64,000 nucleotides of DNA from an uncultured Anaeromassilibacillus sp. (lineage in GTDB: Bacteria; Bacillota; Clostridia; Oscillospirales; Acutalibacteraceae), in the NCBI GenBank assembly GCA_930987725.1, contig CAKNKY010000006.1, positions 3,476 through 67,475 of the forward strand, written 5' to 3'. The notes below the pieces were generated by a model. The model made no database searches. It was given only the letters and a program-made list of their open reading frames with translations, and had not been told where the DNA came from. A program made the translations under genes and the position numbers. Every line of letters starts with the position of its first letter. Within the stretch, counting starts at the first letter, position 1. Below are positions 9,728-18,816 of this stretch, in pieces.

Positions 9728-10423
9728 TCATTCCGCCTCGTAGGGCGTGTAGGCGTCGATCTCCCGGCCGCTGTCCGGGTACACAATGTTGCCGCCGTCG
9801 AGGTTAAAGTACACGTCCAGATTGGAGGGATCTCCCAGGTTCGGATCGATGAAATTATACTGCAGCGTGCGCTGCACGGAATCGAGGATGGTGGTGATGA
9901 GCTGCGAGCTGTCATACACAAAGAAATCCGGGTTCTGCGGTTCCGGCGGCCCTGTGACGATCGAGGATGTCTCGGCGAAGGAGACGGTCATGCCGCCCTT
10001 GCCGCTCGTCACCTCGTCCGCCAGGTCCAGGTTCCACCCCGTCAGCTCGCTGAGCTGCGAGATCAGGAAAACGGGCGTCAGTTCCCCCGTGTAGGTGACA
10101 GGATATTCCGCAAAGTTCCCGTCCATGCCGACATACAGCGTGGCCGTCTGCTCCGCCTCCTGCGCGGATTCCGCGCTTTGGGAAACGGCGGAGGCCGCTT
10201 GGCTCTCTATCGCCTGTTCGGAAACCGCGCCGCCCGTCTGGACGGCACTCTCCGCGGAGGAAGCCTCGGCTCCGCTCCCGGAGACTGCGCTCTCCGCGGC
10301 CGCCTGCGAGGAGGCGGCGCCCGGCGCGGCGGAGGACGATCCGCCCGCTTCCTGCTGCCCGCAGCCCACCAGCGAGAAGGCAAGGCAGGCGGCGCAGATC
10401 AGTGCGGGAAAACGTCGTTTCAT
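9728..10423 (-). CDS. lipoprotein of unknown function
   Basis: MKRRFPALICAACLAFSLVGCG carries a lipobox, followed by an Ala/Ser-rich linker. It lies 33 nt upstream of the aminotransferase on the same strand. Confidence 0.6.
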   Translation of the reverse strand: MKRRFPALICAACLAFSLVGCGQQEAGGSSSAAPGAASSQAAAESAVSGSGAEASSAESAVQTGGAVSEQAIESQAASAVSQSAESAQEAEQTATLYVGMDGNFAEYPVTYTGELTPVFLISQLSELTGWNLDLADEVTSGKGGMTVSFAETSSIVTGPPEPQNPDFFVYDSSQLITTILDSVQRTLQYNFIDPNLGDPSNLDVYFNLDGGNIVYPDSGREIDAYTPYEAE

Positions 10424-10673
10424 AGTCCAAAGGACCTCCTTCTGATTTTTTCGACTATCATCTTACCATAGTGCAGCGCGCTTTTCAAGGATCGAAAACG
10501 CAGGCCGCCCTGCCCTTCTCCCCGGAATGGGCAAAAAGGGCAAGGAGGCTGTCATGGTCTGACATTTTTTTCCAGCTCTCCGCTCTATACTGAATCCAAA
10601 GCCCTTTTTGCGGAAGGAATTGTGCCGGCGCGGCGCGGGCCACAGCCGGGAAACGGTAAGGAGAGTGGAAAAT

Positions 10674-13043
10674 GTGAATGTGGCAAAGGGAAGGAAGCTC
10701 TCGGCTGAGGCCGTGGGCAGGCTGGCGGAAGCGTCGCTTCCGGGCGTGCGTGAGGCGGCCCGGTATGCCGTTTCCTTTTTGTGCGGACTGCTGTATGCGC
10801 GCGGCGTAGTGTTTTCGCGCTGTGCGCCGTTTGGGGCGGCAGCGGTGGCTGCCTGCCCTTATCGCTATTTGCTGTCCACCCTGCTCGGCGCACTGGCCGG
10901 GGCGCTGCTGCCGGGCCAGGCGCAGACGCCGGCGCGCTATCTGGCCGCCGTGCTGGCGGCTGCGGCCATCCGCTGGACGGTGAACGACGTCGCGCGGCTG
11001 CGCTCCCACCCGGCGTTCGCGCCGGTGACGGCGTTGCTTCCGCTTGTCTCCACCGGATTGGCCATGGCTTTTGTGAACGGATCGCCCACCTCCACCGTAG
11101 CCGTTTATTTTGCGGAATCGGTGCTGGGGGCCGGAGCGGCATACTTTGCCGCCCGTTCGGTTGAGGCGGCCGGGCGGGCGGCCTCCGGCAAACCGCTGAG
11201 CGGCACGGAGGCCGCTTCCCTCGCGCTGGCGGGCGGCCTGCTCCTGCTGCCGCTGGCGGATCTCACGCTTGGGCCCGTCTCGTTCGGGCGCGTGCTGGCA
11301 TCCCTGCTCGTGCTGCTGGCCTCGCGCAGTGCCGGGGCGGCGGGCGGCGCGGTGGCGGGCGTGGCGGCCGGCGTGCTGTTCGGCCTTTCCACCGCCGGGC
11401 TGACCTACCTCTCCGGCGCTTATGCGCTCGGCGGCCTCATGGCAGGCCTTTTCTCGCCGCTGGGGCGGCTCTGCTCCGCGGCCGTGTTCACGCTCTCCGG
11501 CGCGGTGGCCTCGCTGCAGGTGGGGAACCAGCAGGCCGTGCTGGCGGGGCTGCTCGAGTCCGCGGCCGCCGCAGCGATCTTCCTCGCACTGCCGGCGCGG
11601 CTGGGCGGGCAGATCTCCGGCCTGTTCCAGCACAAGGAGGACGCCGCGAAGAGCGACGCCCTGCGCCGCACCGTGGTGATGAAGCTTGACTACGCCGCGA
11701 AGGCTCTGGGCGGCGTCTCGGAGACGGTGGAGGAGGTTTCACGCAAACTCTCCTTCACCGGTGCACCGGATATTTCCGCCCTCTACCGCCGCCAGGCGGA
11801 GGATGCCTGCGCCGGCTGCGGCCTGCGGATCTACTGCTGGAGCCAGCACTATGGCGACACCATGGACGCCCTCAACGCCCTCACGCCGGCTCTGCGCGCC
11901 AACGGCCGTGCCGTGCGCGGCGATCTGCCGGAACATTTTGCCGCCCACTGTGCCCGCGTGAACGAGCTGATCAACGGCATTAACCGCGAATATGCGGCCT
12001 TTGCCGCGCGCGAGGCCGCGGAGCAGCGGCTGGCGCAGATCCGCAGCCTCGTGGCCGGCCAGTTTGGCACCGTGAGCCGCATGCTCGAGGATATGGCCGG
12101 CGAGCTGGAGCTGTATGAGCGGTTTGATTTCGCCGCCGCGCGCCGTGTGGGGGAGGCCCTGCGCGCCATGGGCCTGCTGCCGCTCGATGTGAGCTGCCGT
12201 GTGGACCGCTTCGGCCGCATGACGGTGGAGGCGGAGGCGGCGCGCGGCGAAAAGACGAGGCTGAGCCGCAGCGAGCTCACGCGCGAGGTTTCCCGCGCCT
12301 GCGGCAAGCCCTTTTCCCCGCCGTGCGTGAGCACCGCGCAGGGCAAGTGCCGCATCCAGATGAGCGAAAAACCCGTCTTCCGTGTGGAAACCGGTTTTTC
12401 CCAGCACATCTTCGGCAACGGCCGGTTGTGCGGGGACAGCTTTTCCTGCTTTGAGGACGGCTGCGGCCGCCAGGCCGCCGTGCTGAGCGACGGCATGGGT
12501 GCGGGCGGGCGCGCCGCCGTGGACGGCGCAATGGCCAGCGGGCTGTTCTCGCGCCTGCTGCAGGCGGGCGTCGGGCCGGAAGCGGCGCTGCAGGTCGTGA
12601 ACTCGGCGCTGATTGCCAAATCGGGCGATGAATCGCTCGCTACGCTCGACCTCGTGCAGCTCGATCTGTTCAGCGGGGAAGCCTGCTTTTACAAAGCGGG
12701 GGCCGCGCTCTCCATTGTGCGGCACAATGGCCGTGCCGCCGCCGTGGACGCGCCCTCCCTGCCGGTGGGCATCCTCAACGAATCATCGTTTGCGCGGCGC
12801 ACCGGTTCGCTGGGAGACGGCGATCTCGTCGTGCTCATGAGCGACGGCGCGCTTTCCTCCGGTGAAGAATGGATTCTGCAGGAAGTGGAATCGTTCTCCG
12901 GCTCGAACCCGCAGGAGCTGGCCGAGTCGCTCGTGTGCGGCGCCGTCTCCCGCCGCAGCGACGGCCACGACGACGACGTCACTGTCCTGGTGCTGCAGAT
13001 CAAAGCGCCGCGGCGCAGCTTCCCGGAAGAGGAAGCCTCCTGA
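10674..13043 (+). CDS. spoIIE: stage II sporulation protein E (membrane PP2C phosphatase)
   Basis: About 10 N-terminal TM segments plus a C-terminal PP2C domain (GDSFSCFEDG...VLSDGMGAGGRAA...VLMSDGAL). The start is uncertain. GTG 10674 lies 9 nt after AAGGAGAG. The track ORF begins at 10608. Confidence 0.88.
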   Translation: MNVAKGRKLSAEAVGRLAEASLPGVREAARYAVSFLCGLLYARGVVFSRCAPFGAAAVAACPYRYLLSTLLGALAGALLPGQAQTPARYLAAVLAAAAIRWTVNDVARLRSHPAFAPVTALLPLVSTGLAMAFVNGSPTSTVAVYFAESVLGAGAAYFAARSVEAAGRAASGKPLSGTEAASLALAGGLLLLPLADLTLGPVSFGRVLASLLVLLASRSAGAAGGAVAGVAAGVLFGLSTAGLTYLSGAYALGGLMAGLFSPLGRLCSAAVFTLSGAVASLQVGNQQAVLAGLLESAAAAAIFLALPARLGGQISGLFQHKEDAAKSDALRRTVVMKLDYAAKALGGVSETVEEVSRKLSFTGAPDISALYRRQAEDACAGCGLRIYCWSQHYGDTMDALNALTPALRANGRAVRGDLPEHFAAHCARVNELINGINREYAAFAAREAAEQRLAQIRSLVAGQFGTVSRMLEDMAGELELYERFDFAAARRVGEALRAMGLLPLDVSCRVDRFGRMTVEAEAARGEKTRLSRSELTREVSRACGKPFSPPCVSTAQGKCRIQMSEKPVFRVETGFSQHIFGNGRLCGDSFSCFEDGCGRQAAVLSDGMGAGGRAAVDGAMASGLFSRLLQAGVGPEAALQVVNSALIAKSGDESLATLDLVQLDLFSGEACFYKAGAALSIVRHNGRAAAVDAPSLPVGILNESSFARRTGSLGDGDLVVLMSDGALSSGEEWILQEVESFSGSNPQELAESLVCGAVSRRSDGHDDDVTVLVLQIKAPRRSFPEEEAS

Positions 13044-13048
13044 AACGC

Positions 13049-13084
13049 GAAGGCGGCCGCCCCCAAAAGGGAGCGGCCGCCTTC
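13049..13084. terminator. GC-rich hairpin between convergent spoIIE and the DUF378 gene
   Basis: GAAGGCGGCCGC / GCGGCCGCCTTC arms. The U-tracts are weak. Confidence 0.5.
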
Positions 13085-13099
13085 TTCCTCGTGCTGCCG

Positions 13100-13315
13100 T
13101 CACATGGCGGTGTGTGCCGTTTCGCTCGTGTCGCGGAACAGCAGGGAAATGCACCAAAGGGCGGAAATTGCGACGAGCGTGTAGATCACGCGGCTCAGAA
13201 TGGCCGCCTGCCCGCCGAAAATCCAGGCTACGATGTCAAATTGGAAGATCCCGATAGCGCCCCAGTTGATGCCGCCGATGATCAGAAGCAAAAGCGCAAT
13301 CTTGTCGATGATCAT
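13100..13315 (-). CDS. DUF378 domain-containing membrane protein
   Basis: MIIDKIALLLLIIGGINWGAIGIFQFDIV is the typical DUF378 signature. ATG 13315 lies 9 nt after GAGAGG. The track ORF extends to 13342. Confidence 0.8.
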   Translation of the reverse strand: MIIDKIALLLLIIGGINWGAIGIFQFDIVAWIFGGQAAILSRVIYTLVAISALWCISLLFRDTSETAHTAM

Positions 13316-13464
13316 GCGTTTCATCCTCTCTTTTGTCTGCATTGGAAAACGAGGACGTTCCTTATTCTGAACTCAAATCGCCGGAATATTCCGCGCCGCG
13401 CAAAAAAAAAGAAAAGGAAATTGTGCAGCCGGCTTTGTTAACCAAAAAGAAGCGTAATTTGTGC

Positions 13465-13493
13465 TTTACTTTTGTATTGTTTTAGGGTAAAAT
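13465..13493 (+). promoter_or_regulatory. candidate promoter of the hyd maturation operon
   Basis: TTTACT, a 17-nt spacer, then TAAAAT. Confidence 0.5.
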
Positions 13494-13581
13494 GACATGG
13501 TATCATCTCGCTGACGCGAAAGGGCAGTGCCCTGACGGGGAAGGGAGCAGGCCGGGTGGGGGCGGAAATCCCTTTTTCCCA

Positions 13582-13609
13582 GCGCGCCCTTTTCCGGGCG
13601 CGTTTTTTT
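13582..13609 (+). terminator. intrinsic terminator inside the 5' leader of the TM1266-hydE-hydG operon (attenuator)
   Basis: CGCGCCC / GGGCGCG stem followed by T7. It lies 25 nt upstream of the ATG at 13635 and downstream of the promoter at 13465..13493. Confidence 0.6.
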
Positions 13610-13634
13610 GCGCAGCGGAACAGGGAGGAAACGA

Positions 13635-13898
13635 ATGGAGGGAACCCGTGTGGCCCTTCTGGGCATTGTGGTGGAAAATCCCGATTCCGTGGAACCGCTC
13701 AACCGGCTGCTGCACCGTCATCAGGATGCCATCATCGGGAGGATGGGGTTGCCGTACCGGCAGCGCGGCGTGTGCATCATCAGCATTGTGCTCGACGCCC
13801 CCGGCGACGAGATCAGCAGTCTGGCCGGTCAGGTGGGGATGCTGCCCGGTGTCACGGCAAGGGCCGTCTATTCCAAGATGCCGGAGGGCTCTTCATGA
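13635..13898 (+). CDS. TM1266-family putative iron-only hydrogenase system regulator
   Basis: MEGTRVALLGIVVENPDSVEPLNRLLHRHQDAIIGRMGLPYRQRGVCIISIVLDAP matches my recollection of the small ACT/NikR-C-like TM1266 family found with hydE/hydG. RBS GGGAGG. The stop overlaps the hydE ATG (ATGA). Confidence 0.78.
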   Translation: MEGTRVALLGIVVENPDSVEPLNRLLHRHQDAIIGRMGLPYRQRGVCIISIVLDAPGDEISSLAGQVGMLPGVTARAVYSKMPEGSS

Positions 13899-14935
13899 AA
13901 ACGCTTATCGATCGGCTCGGGCGCGAACACGCGCTCAGCCGGGCGGAATGGATTGCGCTGCTGCGCAGCCGCGACGCGGAGACGGCGCGGTATCTGTTCG
14001 GGAAGGCGCGCGAGGCGCGCCGCCGATATTACGGCGACGACGTGTATATCCGCGGCCTGATCGAGTTCACGAACTGCTGCAGAAACGACTGCTACTACTG
14101 CGGCATCCGCCGCTCGAACACGCGCGCGAGCCGCTACCGCCTCACGGAGGAGGAGATCCTGGCCTGCTGCCGCGAGGGCTGGGCGATCGGCTACCGCACC
14201 TTTGTGCTGCAGGGGGGAGAGGACCCGGCCTGGGGGCCGGATCGCATCGCCGCCCTCGTGGCGTCGATCAAGCAGGCCTTTCCCGCGTGCGCCGTCACGC
14301 TCTCCGTGGGGGAACACGACCGGGAGACGTACCGCCGGTGGTTCGAGGCGGGGGCGGATCGCTATCTTCTGCGGCAGGAAACGGCAGACAACGCGCATTA
14401 CCGCCTGCTGCACCCGCCGGAGCTTTCGCCGGAAAACAGGAAGCGCTGCCTGTGGGATCTCAAAGAGATCGGCTACCAGGTGGGCTGCGGCCTCATGGCC
14501 GGTTCGCCCGGCCAGGGGCCGGAGCAGCTGGCCGAGGATTTCCTCTTCATGCGGGAGCTTGAACCGGACATGGTGGGCATCGGCCCCTTCGTGCCGGCCC
14601 GGCACACGCCGTTTGCGGATCAACCTGCCGGAAGCCTGGATCTCACGCTCTTCCTGCTCGGCCTCGTGCGGCTCATGCTGCCGAACGTACTGCTTCCCGC
14701 CACCACCGCCCTGGGCACCGTTCACCCGCGCGGCCGCGAGCTGGGCATGCTGGCGGGCGCGAACGTCTGCATGCCGAACCTCTCCCCGCCGGGCGTGCGG
14801 GACAAATACGCCCTCTACGACCACAAGCTCTGCACGGGCGAGGAGGCGGCGCAGAACCTGCAAAGCCTGCGCGAGCGGATGGCCTCGATCGGCTGCCGCG
14901 TCGTTGTCGCCCGCGGGGACCATAAACCACGCTGA
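13895..14935 (+). CDS. hydE: [FeFe] hydrogenase H-cluster radical SAM maturase HydE
   Basis: CRNDCYYCGIRRSN is a CX3CX2C radical SAM motif, in a BioB-like fold of about 346 aa. It sits next to hydG. Confidence 0.9.
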   Translation: MKTLIDRLGREHALSRAEWIALLRSRDAETARYLFGKAREARRRYYGDDVYIRGLIEFTNCCRNDCYYCGIRRSNTRASRYRLTEEEILACCREGWAIGYRTFVLQGGEDPAWGPDRIAALVASIKQAFPACAVTLSVGEHDRETYRRWFEAGADRYLLRQETADNAHYRLLHPPELSPENRKRCLWDLKEIGYQVGCGLMAGSPGQGPEQLAEDFLFMRELEPDMVGIGPFVPARHTPFADQPAGSLDLTLFLLGLVRLMLPNVLLPATTALGTVHPRGRELGMLAGANVCMPNLSPPGVRDKYALYDHKLCTGEEAAQNLQSLRERMASIGCRVVVARGDHKPR

Positions 14936-14978
14936 CGGGAAAGCGCAAAGCTGCCCCGGAAGGAAAGGATGAACAAAC

Positions 14979-16397
14979 ATGTACGATCCGAAATCCATGA
15001 AAGCTGAGGAATTCATCGACCACCAGGAAATTTTGGGCAGCCTGGCCTATGCCGACGCGCACAAATCCGACGCCGCGGTGATCGACGCCATCCTGGAGAA
15101 GGCACGCCGGCGCAAGGGCCTTTCGCATCGCGACGCCTCCGTGCTGCTCGCCTGCGAACTCGAGGACAAGAACCAGGAGATCTATGCCCTGGCCGAGCAG
15201 ATCAAGAAGGATTTTTACGGCAACCGCATTGTGCTCTTTGCGCCGCTCTATCTCTCCAACTACTGCGTCAACGGCTGCCTGTATTGCCCCTATCATGCGA
15301 AGAACCGCCACATTGCCCGCAAGAAGCTCACGCAGGATGAGATCCGCGCCGAGGTCATTGCGCTGCAGGACATGGGACACAAGCGTCTCGCGCTGGAGGC
15401 CGGCGAGGACCCGGTGAACAATCCGCTCGAATACATTCTGGAATCCATTCAAACGGTTTATTCCATCAAACATAAAAACGGCGCCATCCGCCGCGTGAAC
15501 GTGAATATCGCCGCTACCACGGTGGAAAATTACCGCAAGCTCAAGGAAGCCGGCATCGGCACCTACATCCTGTTTCAGGAGACGTATCACAAGGAATCCT
15601 ATCAGCGTCTTCACCCTACGGGGCCGAAGAGCAATTACGCCTATCACACGGAAGCGCACGACCGCGCCATGCAGGGCGGCATCGACGACGTGGGCCTCGG
15701 CGTTCTATTCGGACTGGAGCTTTACCGATATGAGTTTGCCGGCCTGCTCATGCACGCCGAGCATCTGGAGGCGGCTTTCGGCGTCGGCCCGCACACGATC
15801 TCCGTGCCGCGCGTCTGCCCGGCTGACGACATCGATCCCAACGCCTTCGACAACGGCATCTCCGACGACATCTTTGCCAAGATCGTGGCATGTATCCGCA
15901 TTGCCGTGCCGTATACCGGCATGATCATCTCCACCCGCGAGAGCCAGAAGGTGCGCGAGCGCGTGCTGCACCTGGGCATTTCCCAGATCTCCGGCGGTTC
16001 CCGCACGAGTGTGGGCGGCTATGTCGAGGAGGAGAAGCCGGAGGAGAACTCTGCCCAGTTCGACGTGTCCGACCATCGCACGCTCGACGAGATTGTCCGC
16101 TGGCTCATGGAGATGGACTACGTGCCCTCCTTCTGCACTGCCTGCTACCGCGAGGGCCGCACGGGCGACCGTTTCATGGCGCTGTGCAAGTCGCAGCAGA
16201 TCCAGAACTGCTGCCTGCCGAACGCGCTGATGACGCTCAAGGAATACCTCGAGGACTATGCGAGCCCGGAAACGCGCGCCGTGGGCGAGCGCGTCATCGC
16301 TGCCAATATCCCGGACGTGACGAATCCCCGCGCCCGTGATACGCTCGTGCAGCGGCTGGAAAAGATCACCCAGGGCGAGCGCGACTTCCGCTTCTGA
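14979..16397 (+). CDS. hydG: [FeFe] hydrogenase H-cluster radical SAM maturase HydG
   Basis: 472 aa with the ThiH-like N-terminal motif CVNGCLYCPYH and C-terminal cluster cysteines (SFCTACYREGRTGD). Confidence 0.93.
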   Translation: MYDPKSMKAEEFIDHQEILGSLAYADAHKSDAAVIDAILEKARRRKGLSHRDASVLLACELEDKNQEIYALAEQIKKDFYGNRIVLFAPLYLSNYCVNGCLYCPYHAKNRHIARKKLTQDEIRAEVIALQDMGHKRLALEAGEDPVNNPLEYILESIQTVYSIKHKNGAIRRVNVNIAATTVENYRKLKEAGIGTYILFQETYHKESYQRLHPTGPKSNYAYHTEAHDRAMQGGIDDVGLGVLFGLELYRYEFAGLLMHAEHLEAAFGVGPHTISVPRVCPADDIDPNAFDNGISDDIFAKIVACIRIAVPYTGMIISTRESQKVRERVLHLGISQISGGSRTSVGGYVEEEKPEENSAQFDVSDHRTLDEIVRWLMEMDYVPSFCTACYREGRTGDRFMALCKSQQIQNCCLPNALMTLKEYLEDYASPETRAVGERVIAANIPDVTNPRARDTLVQRLEKITQGERDFRF

Positions 16398-16420
16398 TTT
16401 TCGATTCAGCCAACCACAGC

Positions 16421-16468
16421 AAAAGGCCGAAGGCAATCCGCACTGTGCGGATTGCCTTCGGCCTTTTT
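16421..16468. terminator. bidirectional intrinsic terminator (hydG / NifX-like gene)
   Basis: AAAAGGCCGAAGGCAATCCGCAC / GTGCGGATTGCCTTCGGCCTTTTT is a near-perfect long hairpin. Confidence 0.8.
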
Positions 16469-16494
16469 ATGTCGTGGAGATGTGGCCAGGCGGC

Positions 16495-16911
16495 TCAGTG
16501 ACCGCAGCCGTTCCCCGCGCAGCCGTGCTTGTCTTCCCCGCAGCCGTGCGAGCCGCAGGAATGATCCTCGCCGTGGGCGTGGTGGCTGCACTGCACGTTC
16601 GGATTGTAAAGGAGCGTGCCGTTCAGGAAGGACTGCACAGCCTCGTCCGCCGTGCCGGAGACGCCGCCGAACACGCGCACACCGGCAGCCGCCAGCGCGT
16701 TCTGCGCGCCCGCGCCGATGCCGCCGCAGATCAGGACGTCCGCCTTCTCCTGCGAGAGCAGGCCCGCCAGCGCGCCGTGGCCCTGGCCGTTCGTGCCGAT
16801 CACGCGGCTGGCCGTCACCTTGCCGTCCGCCGCGTCATACAGCTTGAACTGCTGCGAATGGCCGAAATGCTGGAATATGGCTCCGTTTTCATACGGTACT
16901 GCAATTTTCAT
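16495..16911 (-). CDS. NifB/NifX-family (dinitrogenase Fe-Mo cofactor biosynthesis domain) protein with a His/Cys-rich tail
   Basis: MKIAVPYENGAIFQHFGHSQQFKLYD...GQGHGALAGLL...VLICGGIGAGAQ is the typical NifX/NifB-C domain. The C-terminus is CSHHAHGEDHSCGSHGCGEDKHGCAGNGCGH. ATG at 16911. Confidence 0.8.
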   Translation of the reverse strand: MKIAVPYENGAIFQHFGHSQQFKLYDAADGKVTASRVIGTNGQGHGALAGLLSQEKADVLICGGIGAGAQNALAAAGVRVFGGVSGTADEAVQSFLNGTLLYNPNVQCSHHAHGEDHSCGSHGCGEDKHGCAGNGCGH

Positions 16912-17035
16912 CTGTTTGAAATCCCCTTTCCGGCCGGGGCGCGACAGCCGCCGGCCTTCCCCGCTATTGTAGCACACCTTTGCCGCCAATGCCAGGGAAA
17001 AGAATCGATATTCCGCCGCCTTTTTGTTTGGGGAC

Positions 17036-17064
17036 ACAAAAAGGGCTCCCCCCGGGGGAAGCCC
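17036..17064 (-). terminator. intrinsic terminator after the amino-acid ABC operon
   Basis: Minus strand GGGCTTCCCCCGGGGGGAGCCC followed by TTTTTGTGT. Confidence 0.6.
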
Positions 17065-17084
17065 GCTGTGATTCCCTTTTGTTT

Positions 17085-17870
17085 TCAGCTCTTCGAATAG
17101 CGCGAGAGGAATTGCCGTGTGCGCTCCTCGCGCGGGCTGTCGATTACCTGACGAGCGCTGCCCCGTTCCACAATCACGCCCTTGTCCATGAAAATCGCCT
17201 GGTCCGCCACGTCGCGGGCGAAGGCCATCTCGTGCGTCACAATGATCATGGTGGTGTTCTGTTCCGCCAGCGAGCGGATCACCTTCAGCACCTCGCCGGT
17301 CAGCTCCGGGTCGAGGGCGGAGGTCGGTTCGTCAAAGCAGAGGATGTCGGGAGAGAGGGCCAGCGCCCGCGCGATGGCTACGCGCTGCTGCTGGCCGCCG
17401 GAGAGCTGGTGCGGGTAGTGGCCCTCGCGGTCCTCCAGCCCCATCTTCTGCAGCAGGCTGCGGCCCTCCTGCGCGATCTCCTCAAGAATCTGCTTTTTGT
17501 TTGCCTTGTAATCGGGGCGTTCCTTTGCCAGAAGCTCCTTGGCGAGCGTCACGTTTTTCAGCACCGTATACTGCGGGAACAGGTTGAATGACTGGAACAC
17601 CATGCCGAAGTGGAGGCGCTTCTTGCGCACTTTGCTCTCCTTCTGGGTGGCGGGGGCTTCGGCATCGAAGAGCGTCTGGCCTTCCACCAGGATTTTGCCA
17701 TGCGTGGGCGTTTCCAGGAAATTCAGGCACCGCAGCAGCGTGGTCTTTCCACTGCCGGAGGACCCGATGATCGCGAGCGCGCGCCCTTTTTCCAGTTCAA
17801 AGCTGATGTCCTTGAGCACCTGCGTCTTGCCGAAATGCTTTTCCAGATGCTGCACCTGCAGAATCGCCAT
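17085..17870 (-). CDS. polar amino acid ABC transporter ATP-binding protein
   Basis: MAILQVQHLEKHFGKTQVL..., Walker A GSSGSGKTT, signature LSGGQQQR, Walker B ILCFDEPTSALD. Confidence 0.92.
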   Translation of the reverse strand: MAILQVQHLEKHFGKTQVLKDISFELEKGRALAIIGSSGSGKTTLLRCLNFLETPTHGKILVEGQTLFDAEAPATQKESKVRKKRLHFGMVFQSFNLFPQYTVLKNVTLAKELLAKERPDYKANKKQILEEIAQEGRSLLQKMGLEDREGHYPHQLSGGQQQRVAIARALALSPDILCFDEPTSALDPELTGEVLKVIRSLAEQNTTMIIVTHEMAFARDVADQAIFMDKGVIVERGSARQVIDSPREERTRQFLSRYSKS

Positions 17871-17886
17871 GGGGGTTCCTCCTTTC

Positions 17887-18696
17887 TCATCGGAAAAATT
17901 CGAGTTTCTTTTCGAGCTTGCCGAGCAGAATCGTGACCACACCGCTGAACACCAGATAATACACGGCGGTGAAGAACAGCGGCCACACAAGGCCGGAATA
18001 GCCCGAATTGCCCTTCATGAAGGATTCACCCATCCAGATGACTTCCTGCAGCGCGATGACGCGCGCGAGGGACGTGTCTTTCACGAGTGTGATGATCTCA
18101 TTTGACATTGGCGGCACGATGCGCTTCACCATTTGCAGCAGCGTCACGCGGAAGAAGATCTGCGATTTCGTCATGCCCAGCACCTGGCCGGCCTCCTGCT
18201 GGCCAACGGGCACGCCCTGGATGCCGCCGCGGTAAATCTCGGAAAAGTAGCACGCGTAGTTGAGCACGAAGGCCACGGAAACAGCCGTGAACCGCGCCGT
18301 TTCACCGCCGCCCCAGGTGAACAGATCAAGCATGCCCGGCACGTAGAACAGAATGATGATCTGCAGCACCAGCGGCGTGCCGCGCACCAGCCACACCAAC
18401 AGCCGCGTCACGAGGCGGATCGGCCGGAATGCGCAGATGGCTTTGGCCACACGTCCCTTCGGCGTGAGCCCAAACTGCGAGGCCAGCCACCCGAACGGAC
18501 GGAAACGGCTCATGGAGCCGAAGGAGATGATGAGACCCAGCGGCAGGGCGCCGAGCAGCGTGACGCAGAACAGCTCCAGCGTGACGAGGAAACCGCTGTT
18601 CAGGGCGTTGAGAACCGTGCGGAACTGGTCGGAGGCGAAAAACTCCGCCATCTGATAAAAAGGGGTCCACGGCAAGGCAAATCCGTCCTCTCTCAT
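17887..18696 (-). CDS. amino acid ABC transporter permease
   Basis: HisM/GlnP-type polytopic protein (EAGQVLGMTKSQIFFRVTLLQMVKRIVPPMSNE). The start is uncertain (18738, 18696 or 18651) and none has a clear SD. Confidence 0.82.
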   Translation of the reverse strand: MREDGFALPWTPFYQMAEFFASDQFRTVLNALNSGFLVTLELFCVTLLGALPLGLIISFGSMSRFRPFGWLASQFGLTPKGRVAKAICAFRPIRLVTRLLVWLVRGTPLVLQIIILFYVPGMLDLFTWGGGETARFTAVSVAFVLNYACYFSEIYRGGIQGVPVGQQEAGQVLGMTKSQIFFRVTLLQMVKRIVPPMSNEIITLVKDTSLARVIALQEVIWMGESFMKGNSGYSGLVWPLFFTAVYYLVFSGVVTILLGKLEKKLEFFR

Positions 18697-18816
18697 TGAA
18701 AATATTTGATGGATTGATGGATGCAAAAATCGCTGCAAGCCGCCTAAAGGCAGAGGTCAGGAAACCTGGCCTCTGCCTTCGGCGGAAACTCTGAAAAACT
18801 GTTGAAAGAGTTATAA

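Noticed and set aside
10440-10500. Spo0A boxes upstream of spoIIE (TTCGACT at 10450..10456, ATCGAAA near 10491).
   Set aside because: Each is a single 6-of-7 match in a 250-bp region, which is not distinguishable from chance without a scoring matrix or conservation.
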